A stretch of DNA of 64,000 nt from NCBI GenBank assembly GCA_018673485.1, contig JABHCP010000012.1:30393-94392 (forward strand), in the 5' to 3' direction. This document shows, in pieces, positions 29,271 through 39,057 of this stretch. Every line of letters begins with the position of its first letter. The first letter of the stretch is position 1. Source of the DNA: Candidatus Uhrbacteria bacterium (GTDB lineage Bacteria > Patescibacteriota > Patescibacteriia > UBA9934). A program made the translations under genes and the position numbers. The notes under the pieces were generated by a model. The model ran no database searches. It worked only from the letters and a program-made list of their open reading frames with translations, and was not told where the DNA came from.

Positions 29271-30068
29271 TTAAATCCATCCCATATTTTTATACCGTTC
29301 TTCTTGTTTATCTGGGTCCCATGATATCCAACCATCGATTATCTTTTTTGTGTGTGACTTTTTGATGAGAGGTATGGCCATTGTGCCAAATTCAGTAATA
29401 GCGCAATGTTCAACCTCTTCAGGCAGAAGGCCGTTTGGTGACATGAAGAATGTAAAAAGATATTCTCCAATAAGGAAATAATAGATAGTACCATCTCTTC
29501 TTGATTTATGCTTTTGTGGTTGCATTATGACATCATCGAGGTGTTTATATCCATTTAATTTATATATTACGCATGGAAAATCGTCACTTTTCAGTTCAAT
29601 CTCACCATTTAAATATCCCCTGAATTTTTTTTCGTGCAGTCCGAGTTCTATGTCTTTGTATTCATTTTTTATGGATATATTCATTTTCCATAAAATGGAA
29701 ATCAAAAAACTTTTGAATTTATTGTAATCAACTTTTATATTTCTAATGTTTTCGAACTTGAAATTTTCATATTGATTCATAAGTTCATAGTTGCCGGTCA
29801 AATCTTCTTTAGCTGGGTATAGCAATTTTTTTGCATAAGCTTCGAATTTTCCTATCCGACCCTCACATGTATCGCAGAGAATATGATTATCAAAAATACC
29901 AGTTTGTACTGTGCGTAGTCTATTTCTGGTTCTTGCGTTGAAGTGTAGCATTTTGTAATTTTCATCCAGCGCATGAATTTTATACAAAAAATTTGGAATG
30001 ATATGCGATTTATATACAAGCATCTTGGTCACAAGACAAAGTTTGCATTCCCCCATTTTCATCTTCAT
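29271..30068 (-). CDS. AT-rich putative HNH-like Zn-binding protein
   Basis: CKLC..SHIIP..LCDTCE; overlaps mrdA stop by ATGA. Confidence 0.55.
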   Translation of the reverse strand: MKMKMGECKLCLVTKMLVYKSHIIPNFLYKIHALDENYKMLHFNARTRNRLRTVQTGIFDNHILCDTCEGRIGKFEAYAKKLLYPAKEDLTGNYELMNQYENFKFENIRNIKVDYNKFKSFLISILWKMNISIKNEYKDIELGLHEKKFRGYLNGEIELKSDDFPCVIYKLNGYKHLDDVIMQPQKHKSRRDGTIYYFLIGEYLFTFFMSPNGLLPEEVEHCAITEFGTMAIPLIKKSHTKKIIDGWISWDPDKQEERYKNMGWI

Positions 30069-31975
30069 AAGCTTTCATTAGAAAACCAGTAATTCAAAAT
30101 ATCGAGCGTAATTGGAACGGCGATGTAGTAGTCCCCTCCTCCTTCTTCGATTAGTACTGTTATTACAATCTCGGCGTTATCATATGGGGCGAAGCCGGTG
30201 AACCAGGAGTGCGGGACGCCAGCTGTGGACCATTGGGCGGTTCCGGTTTTTCCAGCGACTGTAACTGGTGCGGATTGCAGTGCAGTGGCACTTCCGTCTG
30301 TTACAGTTTGGCGCATTGCGTCTTGGATGATTGTTGCGGTGCTTTCGTCGATAATTACTTTTGATTCAACTTCAAGTTCCGAATTTATATGTGGAGTTAC
30401 TAGCGATCCGCCATTTGCAAAAACTGCGGTTGATTGAGCAATCTGCAGTGGAGTTGTGAGTAAGTCACCCTGCCCTATTGCTACGTGGTAGGTGTCTCCG
30501 ATGTACCATTGCTCGCCCTTCACCTCCTCTTTCCATTCCATACTAGGTAAAAATCCATCAGCCTCGCCAGGCAAGTCGATCCCTGTTGTATCACCAAACC
30601 CAAACAACGAAGCGTATTGCATCATTCTGTCGAGCCCAAGTCCTTCAAAGGTCTCGCTTCCACCACCGATGTAGTAGAAAAATGTGTTAACAGAGTCGGC
30701 TATCGCGTGATAGACGTTTGTAAGACCGTGCCCTCCTGCGCGCCAATCTGGGAAAAACCAAATACTTACCCATATACCACCGGTTGACGTGAATGTTGTG
30801 TATGGTGTGATGACTTCTTCGATGAGAGCGGCGGCGGCAAATACTGGTTTAATGGTTGACCCTGACGGGAATTCTCCCGAAGTAGCACGCGGGTACAGTG
30901 GCTGGTCTTCATCATTTACGAGTTCGATATAGCTTTCTTCATCTATCCCCGAGGCGAATAGATTTGCGTCATATGCGGGCCACGAGACAAGCGAGAGTAT
31001 TGATCCGTCTTGCGCATCCATCACGATCACAGAACCGCGTGAGGCTCCGGTGCCCTCCATCCTCGCCGTTAAGGTGTCTTCAATATAGCTCTGCAGATTT
31101 GCGTCGAGCGTGGTGTAAAGATTGGTGCCGTTTTCAGGTTCGACTTTTGATATGATTCTTTCGATATTTCCTCGAGCATCAACTTCAAGCAGTTCTTCGC
31201 CGTAGGATCCTCGTAATTGTTTTTCATATTCCTTTTCAAGCCCTTGTTTTCCAATGTGATCGAATTGTCTGTAGCCAGTTCCTTTTACAAGATCGTATTC
31301 TTGTTCACTGATACCAGATGTGTAACCTAGAATGTGAGAGAGCGTTGGAATCTCATCGGTTATGTATTGCCGCAGTGCGTTTGTCTCGACAGAAAGCCAT
31401 GGGTATTGCGATTCATATGACATGCAAAACAGCGCTTGATCGTACGATATATATTCAGCCAATAGAATGTCGGTATCAGGATCTTCGTCGTATTGAGTGG
31501 TAATTTCGTTAACATCAATCTTTAGATGGTTTGCGATGGTGTAAATATCATCATGATATTCAGTATCAAAAAGCGTATATGACGGTACGATGATGTTGAA
31601 TGTAGGTATATTTTCAGCAAGAACAATTCCATTGCGGTCATATATCACACCGCGTTGTGCAGGTAGTGTTTTGTGTAGAATTCTGTTCTCCTCAGCCAGC
31701 ATTCTGTACTCTTCCCCATTCACGATTTGTAAATACGCAGTCTTTACGACAAAGATTGAAAACACTAAGCACACCATTAATATAGCGCTTGTGAATCTAG
31801 CCTTGGGGACTATCGAGCCCATGAATGATCGATTCGGATCGCTATTTGATGTTGATCTATTTGAAAAAGCTTCTTCAAAGAAAACATTGTCATCGTACTC
31901 TCCACCCAAATTCAAATCCCCACCATCAAATGATGGGAATGGATTGTGTTTTGGTTGATTTGATTGAGGGCTCAT
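30065..31975 (-). CDS. mrdA: Penicillin-binding protein 2
   Basis: RGVIYDRNG, GSTIKP, SVN, KTGTAQ; follows mreBC. Confidence 0.95.
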   Translation of the reverse strand: MSPQSNQPKHNPFPSFDGGDLNLGGEYDDNVFFEEAFSNRSTSNSDPNRSFMGSIVPKARFTSAILMVCLVFSIFVVKTAYLQIVNGEEYRMLAEENRILHKTLPAQRGVIYDRNGIVLAENIPTFNIIVPSYTLFDTEYHDDIYTIANHLKIDVNEITTQYDEDPDTDILLAEYISYDQALFCMSYESQYPWLSVETNALRQYITDEIPTLSHILGYTSGISEQEYDLVKGTGYRQFDHIGKQGLEKEYEKQLRGSYGEELLEVDARGNIERIISKVEPENGTNLYTTLDANLQSYIEDTLTARMEGTGASRGSVIVMDAQDGSILSLVSWPAYDANLFASGIDEESYIELVNDEDQPLYPRATSGEFPSGSTIKPVFAAAALIEEVITPYTTFTSTGGIWVSIWFFPDWRAGGHGLTNVYHAIADSVNTFFYYIGGGSETFEGLGLDRMMQYASLFGFGDTTGIDLPGEADGFLPSMEWKEEVKGEQWYIGDTYHVAIGQGDLLTTPLQIAQSTAVFANGGSLVTPHINSELEVESKVIIDESTATIIQDAMRQTVTDGSATALQSAPVTVAGKTGTAQWSTAGVPHSWFTGFAPYDNAEIVITVLIEEGGGDYYIAVPITLDILNYWFSNESL

Positions 31976-32466
31976 GTTTTGCGCGGAATTTTAAATAGTG
32001 AGCCAACAGGCCTAAATCTTTGGATAAGTATAAAGCCAATAATGAGCAAGATCGTCATTTCAAAAATTATATAGCCTAATGATTTGAGATATGGGTGGCC
32101 TGAGAATATATCTATTCCAAGGATTCCGCTCGTAAATGTAAAGGTTGATATGAGGATTATCCCAAGCCCGATAAGCGCGTATACTGACCTTCTTGTAAAT
32201 ACTCGCATCGTTAAAGCAGTACCAACGATGACAACGAGAATGTATGGAATGATATTCATCGATTCCGCTCCAAGCATTGAGAGTAGCATTGGGGACAGAA
32301 GCAACCACATTATTCCAAATGTTATTGGGAGCATGTGGAGCATTAGTACGCCAATGGAAAGCGTTAATGGAAAAAGAAAGATTGGATATCCAAACGTGTT
32401 AATGATGCTGAGCTCTACCACTGTCGAGACGATGAGAAGGATTGTAAATACAATGCTATTCCTCAT
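31972..32466 (-). CDS. Membrane protein at the MreD position
   Basis: ~5 TM, between mreC and mrdA. Confidence 0.6.
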   Translation of the reverse strand: MRNSIVFTILLIVSTVVELSIINTFGYPIFLFPLTLSIGVLMLHMLPITFGIMWLLLSPMLLSMLGAESMNIIPYILVVIVGTALTMRVFTRRSVYALIGLGIILISTFTFTSGILGIDIFSGHPYLKSLGYIIFEMTILLIIGFILIQRFRPVGSLFKIPRKT

Positions 32467-33286
32467 ATATCCGTACGCTGGTTGTGTCGATGATCAGAAC
32501 GTTTGAGTAGCTTGTAGACTGGTATATTGGCTCGATCATTGCCTGCTGGAACGATGCGGTTTCTTCTTTAATGATCTCGTAGATCGTACCAATCACAAGG
32601 CCGTCAGGAATTCTTTCATGTAAGTTTGAGGTTATGATCGCGTCGCCGATGTTTAGCTCTCTATCTTGAGGGATGTATTCCATTGAAAGTAAGAATCCAC
32701 TTTCACCTACGAGCAACCCACTGGTGTCAGATTGTCCTAAAATACTGACTGGGATTCTGGTGCTGTTGTCTTCGAGTAGTCTTATTGTTGAAGTGTATTC
32801 AGACACTGAGTCAACTACTCCTATCAAGTGCCCATCACCGACCACTGCTGGTAGACCAGTTTTTATTCCGTCGTGTGACCCTTGGTCGATCAGTAACGTA
32901 TATGATTGTGAAGGTGAGCGGGACAGGATTCTGGCGGCGATTGTTTTGTAGTCGACTGATTGGGAGTACCCGATGAGCTTCTCGAGGTCATAAACTCTCT
33001 TTTCGAGTTCATCAAGATATGATGACTCAACTAAGTATTCAGAACTGAGATTTTTATAGGTCTCGAGCTGGCTTTTTAGGGATTCAGAAGATGAGAATGT
33101 TTGAACAATATAAGTGTTCAACCCTGAACTAATTTTGTAAAACTGTGCTTGTGTGTTGTGCAAGATTGTTGATGCTGGTGTCCATTTCGCAATTCCAATA
33201 AAAACTAAAATGGCTACAAAAATAATTGCAGCCGTTTTAAATGGGTGCAGAATTGCAGACCCAGATTTTCGTTTTATTATTGACAT
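32456..33286 (-). CDS. mreC: Rod shape-determining protein MreC
   Basis: TM + coiled coil, IDQGSHDGI, GD.IITS..PDGLVIG. Confidence 0.9.
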   Translation of the reverse strand: MSIIKRKSGSAILHPFKTAAIIFVAILVFIGIAKWTPASTILHNTQAQFYKISSGLNTYIVQTFSSSESLKSQLETYKNLSSEYLVESSYLDELEKRVYDLEKLIGYSQSVDYKTIAARILSRSPSQSYTLLIDQGSHDGIKTGLPAVVGDGHLIGVVDSVSEYTSTIRLLEDNSTRIPVSILGQSDTSGLLVGESGFLLSMEYIPQDRELNIGDAIITSNLHERIPDGLVIGTIYEIIKEETASFQQAMIEPIYQSTSYSNVLIIDTTSVRIYEE

Positions 33287-33289
33287 GTG

Positions 33290-34342
33290 TTATGCGTATG
33301 GTTCATCTGACGTTGATGGTAGAGCGATTTCTCCAAGCAACTTTTGATCTTCAAGCAACGATCCAGTTCCTCGAGCTACGGTAGTTAACGGGTCCTCAGC
33401 AATGTGCACAGGCACCTCGGTTTCCTTAGCAATAATTTGATCAAGTCCGGTGAGCAATGCCCCACCACCACAGAGTGTGATGCCGCGTTCGTAAATGTCG
33501 GCAACAAGCTCAGGGGGAGTCGACTCAAGTGTTGTTTTAATATTTTCAATTATGACCTTGATGGACTTTTGCAGAGCCTCTCTAATCTGACCATCGTTTA
33601 CAATTACTTCTTTTGGAAGACCAGTCATAAGGTCTCGTCCACGCATTTCGATGTCCATTGGTTCCATTCGCGAGACCGCACTTCCAATGCGACACTTCGC
33701 CTGCTCGGAAACCTTATCACCTACTAAAAGGTTGAATACGTCCCGTGTATATTGGGTTATATTCTTTGTCATCTCCTCACCCGCAACCGTTAGTGACTTC
33801 CAAGTTACAATTCCGTTTAGTGATATGACGGCAATCTCAGTTGTACCTCCACCAATATCTACAACCATATTCCCTACCGATTCCGAGATTGGCAACCGTG
33901 CTCCGATTGCAGCGGCCATAGGTTCCTCGATGAGTATTACTTCACGAGCTCCGGCATTGATTACCGCATCCTCTACAGCCTTGCGCTCGACCTCTGTGAT
34001 CTCCAGTGGCACTCCGATAATTATTCGTGGTCGAGGGACAAGAGTAAATGTTTCATCGTGAATTTTATCGATGAAGTACTTGAGCATTTTCTCTGTTACT
34101 TCAAAGTCAGATACCACACCTTTGGTAAGTGGTTTTGATGTACGAATGTGTGGAGGAGTTTTCCCAAGCATGTCTTTAGCGGAATGGCCGACAGCAACTA
34201 TCTGGTTTGTTCGATCATTGATGGCAACGATCGATGGCTCATTAATAACAACACCCTTTCCTTTAACAAAAAGAAGGGTATTTTCTGTTCCCAAATCAAT
34301 ACCAATATCCTCCGAAAATCGACCAAAAAATTTGTTCAACAT
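33290..34342 (-). CDS. mreB: Rod shape-determining protein MreB
   Basis: IGIDLGT, EEPMAAAIG, DIGGGTT, TPPEL. Confidence 0.97.
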   Translation of the reverse strand: MLNKFFGRFSEDIGIDLGTENTLLFVKGKGVVINEPSIVAINDRTNQIVAVGHSAKDMLGKTPPHIRTSKPLTKGVVSDFEVTEKMLKYFIDKIHDETFTLVPRPRIIIGVPLEITEVERKAVEDAVINAGAREVILIEEPMAAAIGARLPISESVGNMVVDIGGGTTEIAVISLNGIVTWKSLTVAGEEMTKNITQYTRDVFNLLVGDKVSEQAKCRIGSAVSRMEPMDIEMRGRDLMTGLPKEVIVNDGQIREALQKSIKVIIENIKTTLESTPPELVADIYERGITLCGGGALLTGLDQIIAKETEVPVHIAEDPLTTVARGTGSLLEDQKLLGEIALPSTSDEPYA

Positions 34343-34407
34343 AAGGGCTTACTGAGTCTTTATCTTACTCGATGCCTCATAGTCCTTCAAGGGATCCTGT
34401 GGAATTA

Positions 34408-34815
34408 TTATTCCCCGTGTCTGTGCGCGCTACCCTCAATGGATAGAAAGATGAATTCTAGAATAGAAATCGCTAATATAAATATCAAAAGTGTCACAGT
34501 TGTTAGGTATCCAAGTGCTAGGAGTATGAGCGCCCCTTCAACCAATATTGAAAGAAAAACACCCTGCCTTAGCGAAACCTTGATCACAGACTCAACAGTT
34601 GAGTGCTTTTTTCGCTTCATTCGCACCAAAGTCGCAAGGGATGCAAATATTCCGATCAAAGCCACGAATAGTGTGATGTAGAAAGCTAAGAAGCCAAAAA
34701 GTCCGGCGGTGACTGGATTTATACTAATTAGCACAATTAACCATGCGCATACCGCAATCGCAGTTCCTGAGCAAAGAAATAGTAGATATTGTTTTACTGA
34801 CATAAAATGGTTCAC
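34408..34815 (-). CDS. Conserved hypothetical membrane protein
   Basis: ~4 TM, SLRQG motif. Confidence 0.7.
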   Translation of the reverse strand: MNHFMSVKQYLLFLCSGTAIAVCAWLIVLISINPVTAGLFGFLAFYITLFVALIGIFASLATLVRMKRKKHSTVESVIKVSLRQGVFLSILVEGALILLALGYLTTVTLLIFILAISILEFIFLSIEGSAHRHGE

Positions 34816-34821
34816 TTATTT

Positions 34822-35364
34822 TCACGACCCCATCGTTTCAATTATTGAATTATAATCAATTTTATCGAAGTCACTGGTCTCGATTTTAATTACAGAACCT
34901 GGTAGTTCTAGTGGAGAGAATGATGCCTCACCCGAATAGTCGTTTGATTTTAAGCTTTGTTTGGCTTTTTCAAGATACTGTTCATCACCATGACCAGAGT
35001 GGCGTTCACCTGATTCCAAGCGTTGGATGAATCGTTCGGCCAGAACTTTTGGTTCAGCGTGAAGATATATTTGGATCAGATCGGCTCTGTTATGCTGAGA
35101 TATCTTAATCAAACGTTGAACTTGCTGATCATCGATAAAGTCACTCTCGACGATGCAAGATTGGTCTTCATTTAAAGCTTCCTTAAGATTCTCAAATAGG
35201 TCATCGTAACTTTCTTGAATAAGTGAACCTCTTTCATCCTGATCAAATCGTTTTTCCTTATAGTGATCCAAAGAAAAAATCTGCCAATCTAATAGCTCTG
35301 ATAATTTCTTAGCCACGCCAGTTTTTCCAGTGCACCAGGCCCCGGATATCACAATTATTTTCAT
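34822..35364 (-). CDS. P-loop nucleotide kinase (AAA_33-like)
   Basis: GAWCTGKT, ERFIQR...RHSGH. Confidence 0.75.
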   Translation of the reverse strand: MKIIVISGAWCTGKTGVAKKLSELLDWQIFSLDHYKEKRFDQDERGSLIQESYDDLFENLKEALNEDQSCIVESDFIDDQQVQRLIKISQHNRADLIQIYLHAEPKVLAERFIQRLESGERHSGHGDEQYLEKAKQSLKSNDYSGEASFSPLELPGSVIKIETSDFDKIDYNSIIETMGS

Positions 35365-35435
35365 ACACCTTTATCATATAAGTGTACCTTGAACAAAATT
35401 CCTATTATAGATTCTATATTCAATATTCAATTCCA

Positions 35436-35834
35436 TTATACCAACGTATCGGCAGAATGATCGAGTGCGTGTGGATCAATCCGAACGTATACCTTTTCAA
35501 TTATTGCGTCAGGTATGCTTTCCTCGATCAATTTTTGAAGTTCTAACCGCATTGAATTGGCTAAGTGCGCCGCGGCTGAGTGTCTGCAAACTATATTCAA
35601 AGTCCTGTGAACACACGAAAGTACTCTGAGGTCTTTACGAAATTTAGCCTCGATTATTTGATCTAAAATAAGGTTTCCTTCGCGAACAACCATAGCAGCC
35701 TTAACTTGTGACCCAATCCCATGTCTTTTCAAAGTAGCAGAAACAAGCGTTCCCATCGGAATCGCATGCTTACGAAACGCCCGATTAGCACGCTGCGGCC
35801 GCCGATACTTATATGTGGATTTGTCCCAGGTCAT
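35436..35834 (-). CDS. DciA/DUF721-like protein
   Basis: Size, L.I.C.HSAAA pattern, downstream of a helicase. Confidence 0.55.
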   Translation of the reverse strand: MTWDKSTYKYRRPQRANRAFRKHAIPMGTLVSATLKRHGIGSQVKAAMVVREGNLILDQIIEAKFRKDLRVLSCVHRTLNIVCRHSAAAHLANSMRLELQKLIEESIPDAIIEKVYVRIDPHALDHSADTLV

Positions 35835-35852
35835 AATTAGATATGGATTGAA

Positions 35853-38828
35853 TTAAAACGAGCTGTCTTCGCAGATGTCTTTGAAGTCGCAGTATTGGCA
35901 GTGGAATCCGGGGGTTGGGCTGAAGTCACTGGCTTGCATCTTCTCTACTGCTTTAATTACTTCATCGATTAGTTTTTGCTTTTCTTTATCTGTTGGTTCA
36001 AAACTCACTGAAGAGTTGTCTTCCAGATAGTGGTAGGTTGCTTTCGTGATCTTGAGTGGTGGATCGAAACACCGTTCACACGCTAGCGCATAAAGCACGA
36101 GTTGCTTGCGTTCAGGCCAGCTGAGCTTATCCTTTGGTTTTCCAGTTTTATAGTCTACGATCTCATATCCATCATCTAGCTTATCGATCCGATCGATTCT
36201 TCCCTTGGTGGAGATGTCACCAATTTTGAGGGTGAAGTCCTTTTCGATGAATGCGATCTTTGGTTTTGTTTCGGTAAGAATATGGTAGTACTCAGACATC
36301 GTGTCCTTACCCTTTTGATGATACTCAACACGTGTCTCAGCGTCAGGATACCACTCATCAATCCAAGCGCTTTCATAAAGCTCAAGTAATCGACTCTCTG
36401 GCGGAATCTCATCTAATCCTCCCTCCTTCCCACCCTTCGATTCCTCAGGGTGCCCTGAGCTTGTCGAATGGGCAAGGGGGGATAGAGGGGGGTTGCCTTC
36501 CACATACTCACGGGCGAATTGTTCGAGTGCGTTGTGCATTGTCTTACCAAAACTCATTTGATAGCGACCAAACACAGGTACGCGCAAGATGTGGGCATAT
36601 TTGTATTGTAATGGACAGCTTGAGAATGCAGCAATCTGCGTGAAGCTGATGTTGCTCGGTAGCTGATGGTCTACTGTAGCTTTCTCATCGATTGGATCGG
36701 CCTGAGGCTCAAGCGATTTGTTTTGACCAGAATCTTGCGCTTCAATCTCAAGTTCTTTAACAAACCGTGATGGTTTGCGTTTGCGGGTACCACCATAGTC
36801 GTCAGCTGAGAAAAGATAGAGATGTTCTTTGGCTCGAGTCATGGCAACATAGAGCAGTCGTCGTTCTTCCTCGATATGTTCATCACGATCTGCGTCGATT
36901 TGAGTGTTGATGAGTCCCTCTGGAATTCCGATTGGACTACTGCGACGTTGTGTTGGGAATCGTTGCTCAACCATGTTTACTAAAAAGACGAATCGAAATT
37001 CTAATCCCTTTGATGCGTGAATAGTCATTATCTGAACCACGTCAGGGCCAGCGGTTGGATCCCCTGAGAGCGCACCGGATTCGCCACTTGATCGCTCATG
37101 TTCGAATTCTTCTAAAAAGTGATGAAGAGTTTTGTCGTCATTTGAATATTCAAAGCGCTTAACGCGTTCAAAGAACTTTTGCAAAAGTCCGTTCTCTTCA
37201 ATTTGTTGTGGTTCTGGCAGTTGCTGTGCCGTGGCGATGATCCCAGTTTGTTTTACGATCTCTACAAATAATTCACTACTTGGTTTTCGTTTTGATAGAG
37301 CCCGCAGTTCTGTCAGCGCTTCGATTATCTCGGTGATTCTTTCGCGACTTGCATCAGATATATCATCGGTTTGCTCTAAAACTTCAAAAAGCGAGAGGCC
37401 CTTCTTTTTACTGTGCATTGAAAGCTTGGCAATGTCGATTTCTGAAATTCCAAGCTCTGGATGGCTTAGAATTCTGTAAATCGAAGGACTGTCATACGGG
37501 AGGTCAATTACGCGCATCCAAGCCAAGCAATCAAGTATTACCGGCTTTGTGTATAGCCCTGAGAGGGCCAGGAAGCGGTATGGCATGCGAATCTGGTCCA
37601 TGATCTCTACAAATGGCTCAGCATGCGAATTTGCGCGAACTAGAATGGCAAAGTCACTCCAATTGCACTCGTGTTCTTTTTGCAGATCAACAATTCTTGA
37701 GATTACTCCATGAAGCTCACTTTGCAGATCATCGGCATGGATATGGTCGACTTTCCCCTCTATTCCAAGGTTTGGCAACAGCTCCTTATTGATTTGCTCG
37801 CGATGTTCAAGTCTGTGTGGATTATTGTTCTGGATTACGTTATACGCGTGGTGCAATACTTTTTCTGAGCTTCTGTAGTTTTGATTGAGAACAATCTGCT
37901 TTGCGTCTGAAAAGTCTTTTGAGAAATTCAAGATATTGGAAAGTGATGCTCCGCGGAATTTGTAAATTGATTGATCGTCGTCCCCCACTACCGTGATATT
38001 GAAAGGTTCTTTAAGCAAGAGTTTGATGAGTTCGTATTGTGCAGAGTTAGTATCCTGAAATTCATCAACAAGCACGAACTTAAATTGTTCCTGATACTGC
38101 CTAGCAATCCGAGGACGCGATCGAAGAAGCTCAATCGTATAACTAACAAGATCTGCAAAATCAAGCGCACTATTTTCAAGCAAGATTTGTTGGTAGGTGT
38201 GATACGCATTAGCGAGCTCATTGATACGCGCATTTTCCTGCTCTTGTTCTTCCGGACTAATCTCATCTCCCTCCTTCCCAAGGGGGGATTCAGGGGGGTT
38301 GCCGTCATTCAAATCAAGATCCTCAGCAAATTTCAAATACTGCTCTGGCGTGATCATCTCATCTTTAATTCGTGAGAAGTGCTGCAAGAGCGCGCGGATA
38401 AACTTAGTTGGATTTGATTTTGGTTTGTAGTAATCAAGTTCAAAACGATCAAAGTTTTTCCTGATCAATAAGTAGGTATCAATCTCATCGAGAAGCGTAA
38501 ATTCATGCGGCACGCCAATATCAAGCGCATGCTGGCGCAAAATCCGCTCACAAAATGCATGAAAGGTTGAGATCCACATGTCCACGTAGCCGATTGGGAG
38601 TAATTGATCGACTCGCTCTTCCATCTCCGTTGCCGCTTTCTCTGTAAAAGTGAGTGCCAAAATCTCCTCAGGCTTCGCCTTCCCCTGCTCAATCAACCAG
38701 GCAATCCGCTGCGTTATAGCAGTAGTCTTCCCAGTCCCCGCCCCCGCAATAATCATAAGCGGCCCCCGATCATGCGTAACAGCCTCCAACTGCGCCTCAT
38801 TTAGATTTTCGAGTAGGTTTTGATTCAT
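35853..38828 (-). CDS. UvrD-family helicase fused to PD-(D/E)XK nuclease with 4-Cys motif
   Basis: AGAGTGKT, DEFQD, TIHASKGLEF, EERRLLYVAMTRA, GRIDRID..DYKTG, C..CQYC..IC. Confidence 0.93.
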   Translation of the reverse strand: MNQNLLENLNEAQLEAVTHDRGPLMIIAGAGTGKTTAITQRIAWLIEQGKAKPEEILALTFTEKAATEMEERVDQLLPIGYVDMWISTFHAFCERILRQHALDIGVPHEFTLLDEIDTYLLIRKNFDRFELDYYKPKSNPTKFIRALLQHFSRIKDEMITPEQYLKFAEDLDLNDGNPPESPLGKEGDEISPEEQEQENARINELANAYHTYQQILLENSALDFADLVSYTIELLRSRPRIARQYQEQFKFVLVDEFQDTNSAQYELIKLLLKEPFNITVVGDDDQSIYKFRGASLSNILNFSKDFSDAKQIVLNQNYRSSEKVLHHAYNVIQNNNPHRLEHREQINKELLPNLGIEGKVDHIHADDLQSELHGVISRIVDLQKEHECNWSDFAILVRANSHAEPFVEIMDQIRMPYRFLALSGLYTKPVILDCLAWMRVIDLPYDSPSIYRILSHPELGISEIDIAKLSMHSKKKGLSLFEVLEQTDDISDASRERITEIIEALTELRALSKRKPSSELFVEIVKQTGIIATAQQLPEPQQIEENGLLQKFFERVKRFEYSNDDKTLHHFLEEFEHERSSGESGALSGDPTAGPDVVQIMTIHASKGLEFRFVFLVNMVEQRFPTQRRSSPIGIPEGLINTQIDADRDEHIEEERRLLYVAMTRAKEHLYLFSADDYGGTRKRKPSRFVKELEIEAQDSGQNKSLEPQADPIDEKATVDHQLPSNISFTQIAAFSSCPLQYKYAHILRVPVFGRYQMSFGKTMHNALEQFAREYVEGNPPLSPLAHSTSSGHPEESKGGKEGGLDEIPPESRLLELYESAWIDEWYPDAETRVEYHQKGKDTMSEYYHILTETKPKIAFIEKDFTLKIGDISTKGRIDRIDKLDDGYEIVDYKTGKPKDKLSWPERKQLVLYALACERCFDPPLKITKATYHYLEDNSSVSFEPTDKEKQKLIDEVIKAVEKMQASDFSPTPGFHCQYCDFKDICEDSSF
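36418..36497 (-). repeat. Composite family-A element in-frame in nuclease domain
   Basis: Encodes GNPPLSPLAHSTSSGHPEESKGGKEGG. Confidence 0.92.
38266..38303 (-). repeat. Short family-A element in-frame in helicase domain
   Basis: Encodes GNPPESPLGKEGD. Confidence 0.9.
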
Positions 38829-38838
38829 ATGCTTATAT

Positions 38839-38920
38839 CCTCCCCCTTCCCACCCATCGATATAACTCAGGGTGCCCTGAGCGGAGTCGAATGGGCAAGG
38901 GGGAGTTAGAGGGGGTTGCC
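38839..38920 (-). repeat. Composite family-A element upstream of helicase gene
   Basis: Same element; its GGAGG end lies ~10 nt before the ATG. Confidence 0.88.
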
Positions 38921-39057
38921 TTTAATCTCATTCGATCGAATTATTGGTCTCATTTTACCATAATTGACAAAAGGCCTTTTTAATGATAGATTTAATCGTC
39001 TTCCAGATACCAACTCGCCCGCAAGGGCATGGGCTTAAAGCCCGAAGGAGGCGTAAG

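Noticed and set aside
39012-39051. c-di-GMP-I riboswitch
   Set aside because: Has GNRA and TAAA loops but is too short and lacks the GGCAAAC/GCAAAGC core
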